A stretch of 64,000 bases of DNA from an uncultured Thermoplasmata archaeon (GTDB taxonomy: Archaea; Thermoplasmatota; Thermoplasmata; Lutacidiplasmatales; UBA184), in NCBI GenBank assembly GCA_963749235.1, contig CAVVLV010000001.1:1083039-1147038 (forward strand). The letters are read 5' to 3'. Below the pieces are notes generated by a model. The model had not been told where the DNA came from and searched no databases. It saw only the letters and a program-made list of their open reading frames with translations. Shown piece by piece: positions 63,778 through 64,000 of the stretch (positions are counted from its first letter, which is position 1; every line of letters begins with the position of its first letter). Position numbers and translations under genes: made by a program.

Positions 63778-64000
63778 GGGGCGGCGACGCTCCCCGGGGT
63801 CGGGACCGGGACGAACGAGGCGAGGAAGTGATCCCCCAACCCGTTGAAGGGGAAGCGACGACCGAAGGCCGCATCCCATTTCGCGAGCGTAGCAAAGTGG
63901 GGGCGGAGCATCTCCACGTAACGGGTGTGGTCGGACGGGGGTAGGAGCACCGGGATCCCTTCCACCTTTTCCAGACGGAACTGGGAACGGAAGATCCGGG
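63774..64000 (-). CDS. C-terminal fragment of an unidentified protein (gene continues beyond the right edge)
   Basis: The minus-strand frame is open from the window edge: RIFRSQFRLEKVEGIPVLLPPSDHTRYVEMLRPHFATLAKWDAAFGRRF...AAP*. The stop TAA overlaps the glycosyltransferase stop region. Confidence 0.4.
   Translation of the reverse strand, partial: RIFRSQFRLEKVEGIPVLLPPSDHTRYVEMLRPHFATLAKWDAAFGRRFPFNGLGDHFLASFVPVPTPGSVAAP

Noticed and set aside
62982-63944. A 320-aa ORF starting at ATG 62982 with a good GGGAGG upstream.
   Set aside because: Its translation is R/P/G-rich without motifs. The +1 frame (62995..63777) encodes a clear GT2 fold. Only the ATG and SD may be genuine, if a 5' indel exists.
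1-64000. Search for tRNA, rRNA, CRISPR arrays, integrases, transposases and terminal inverted repeats.
   Set aside because: I found none by eye in any intergenic gap, all of which are under 460 bp, and no recombinase-like ORF. A tRNA scan by software would still be worthwhile, because I cannot fold every segment manually.
1-64000. Programmed ribosomal frameshifting or alternative decoding as the explanation for the many split genes.
   Set aside because: The sites share no slippery heptamer or downstream structure. They occur in unrelated housekeeping genes and include both +1 and -1 events, mostly in short homopolymers. This pattern is typical of sequence error.

Overview
This is a GC-rich, tightly packed archaeal chromosomal segment with about 66 protein-coding genes on both strands. 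I found no rRNA, tRNA, CRISPR array, integrase or transposase. Archaeal identity rests on aRF1 (NIKS and GGQ motifs), Sec61-beta, RFC small subunit, PriS, FEN1, archaeosine TGT, Taw1/TYW1, Trm5, Kae1, Rio1 with a KH/Dim2 protein, class-III-signal (DUF1628-type) pilins, and TATA-like boxes about 23-27 nt upstream of many start codons, implying leaderless mRNAs. A proline iminopeptidase closely resembles the Thermoplasma tricorn-interacting factor F1, which suggests a Thermoplasmatota-like lineage (inference only). Metabolic content includes Moco genes (moaB, moaC), a CBS / cystathionine-gamma / cysS operon near ahcY and gcvH, a fused 3-hydroxyacyl-CoA dehydrogenase/enoyl-CoA hydratase, PEP synthase, apgM, a formiminotransferase-cyclodeaminase, and a TRASH-type copper ATPase module. 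The most interesting locus is 48.5-50.7 kb. A long, AT-richer intergenic region with iterated TTCGACA and ATGCGCAT motifs precedes a ribbon-helix-helix (RHH) gene, a truncated FtsZ/tubulin-like GTPase and a 55-aa membrane protein, next to a three-pilin island. The layout resembles a TubZRC partition module. Other leads are a 404-aa bactofilin-like beta-helix protein with a wHTH partner, giant N-glycosylated membrane proteins with cytoplasmic zinc-ribbon tails, and a BlaI/BlaR1-like pair. One caveat affects everything: at least 13 conserved genes are split by small indels, most likely sequence or assembly errors. Coordinates of those genes are given as merged spans.
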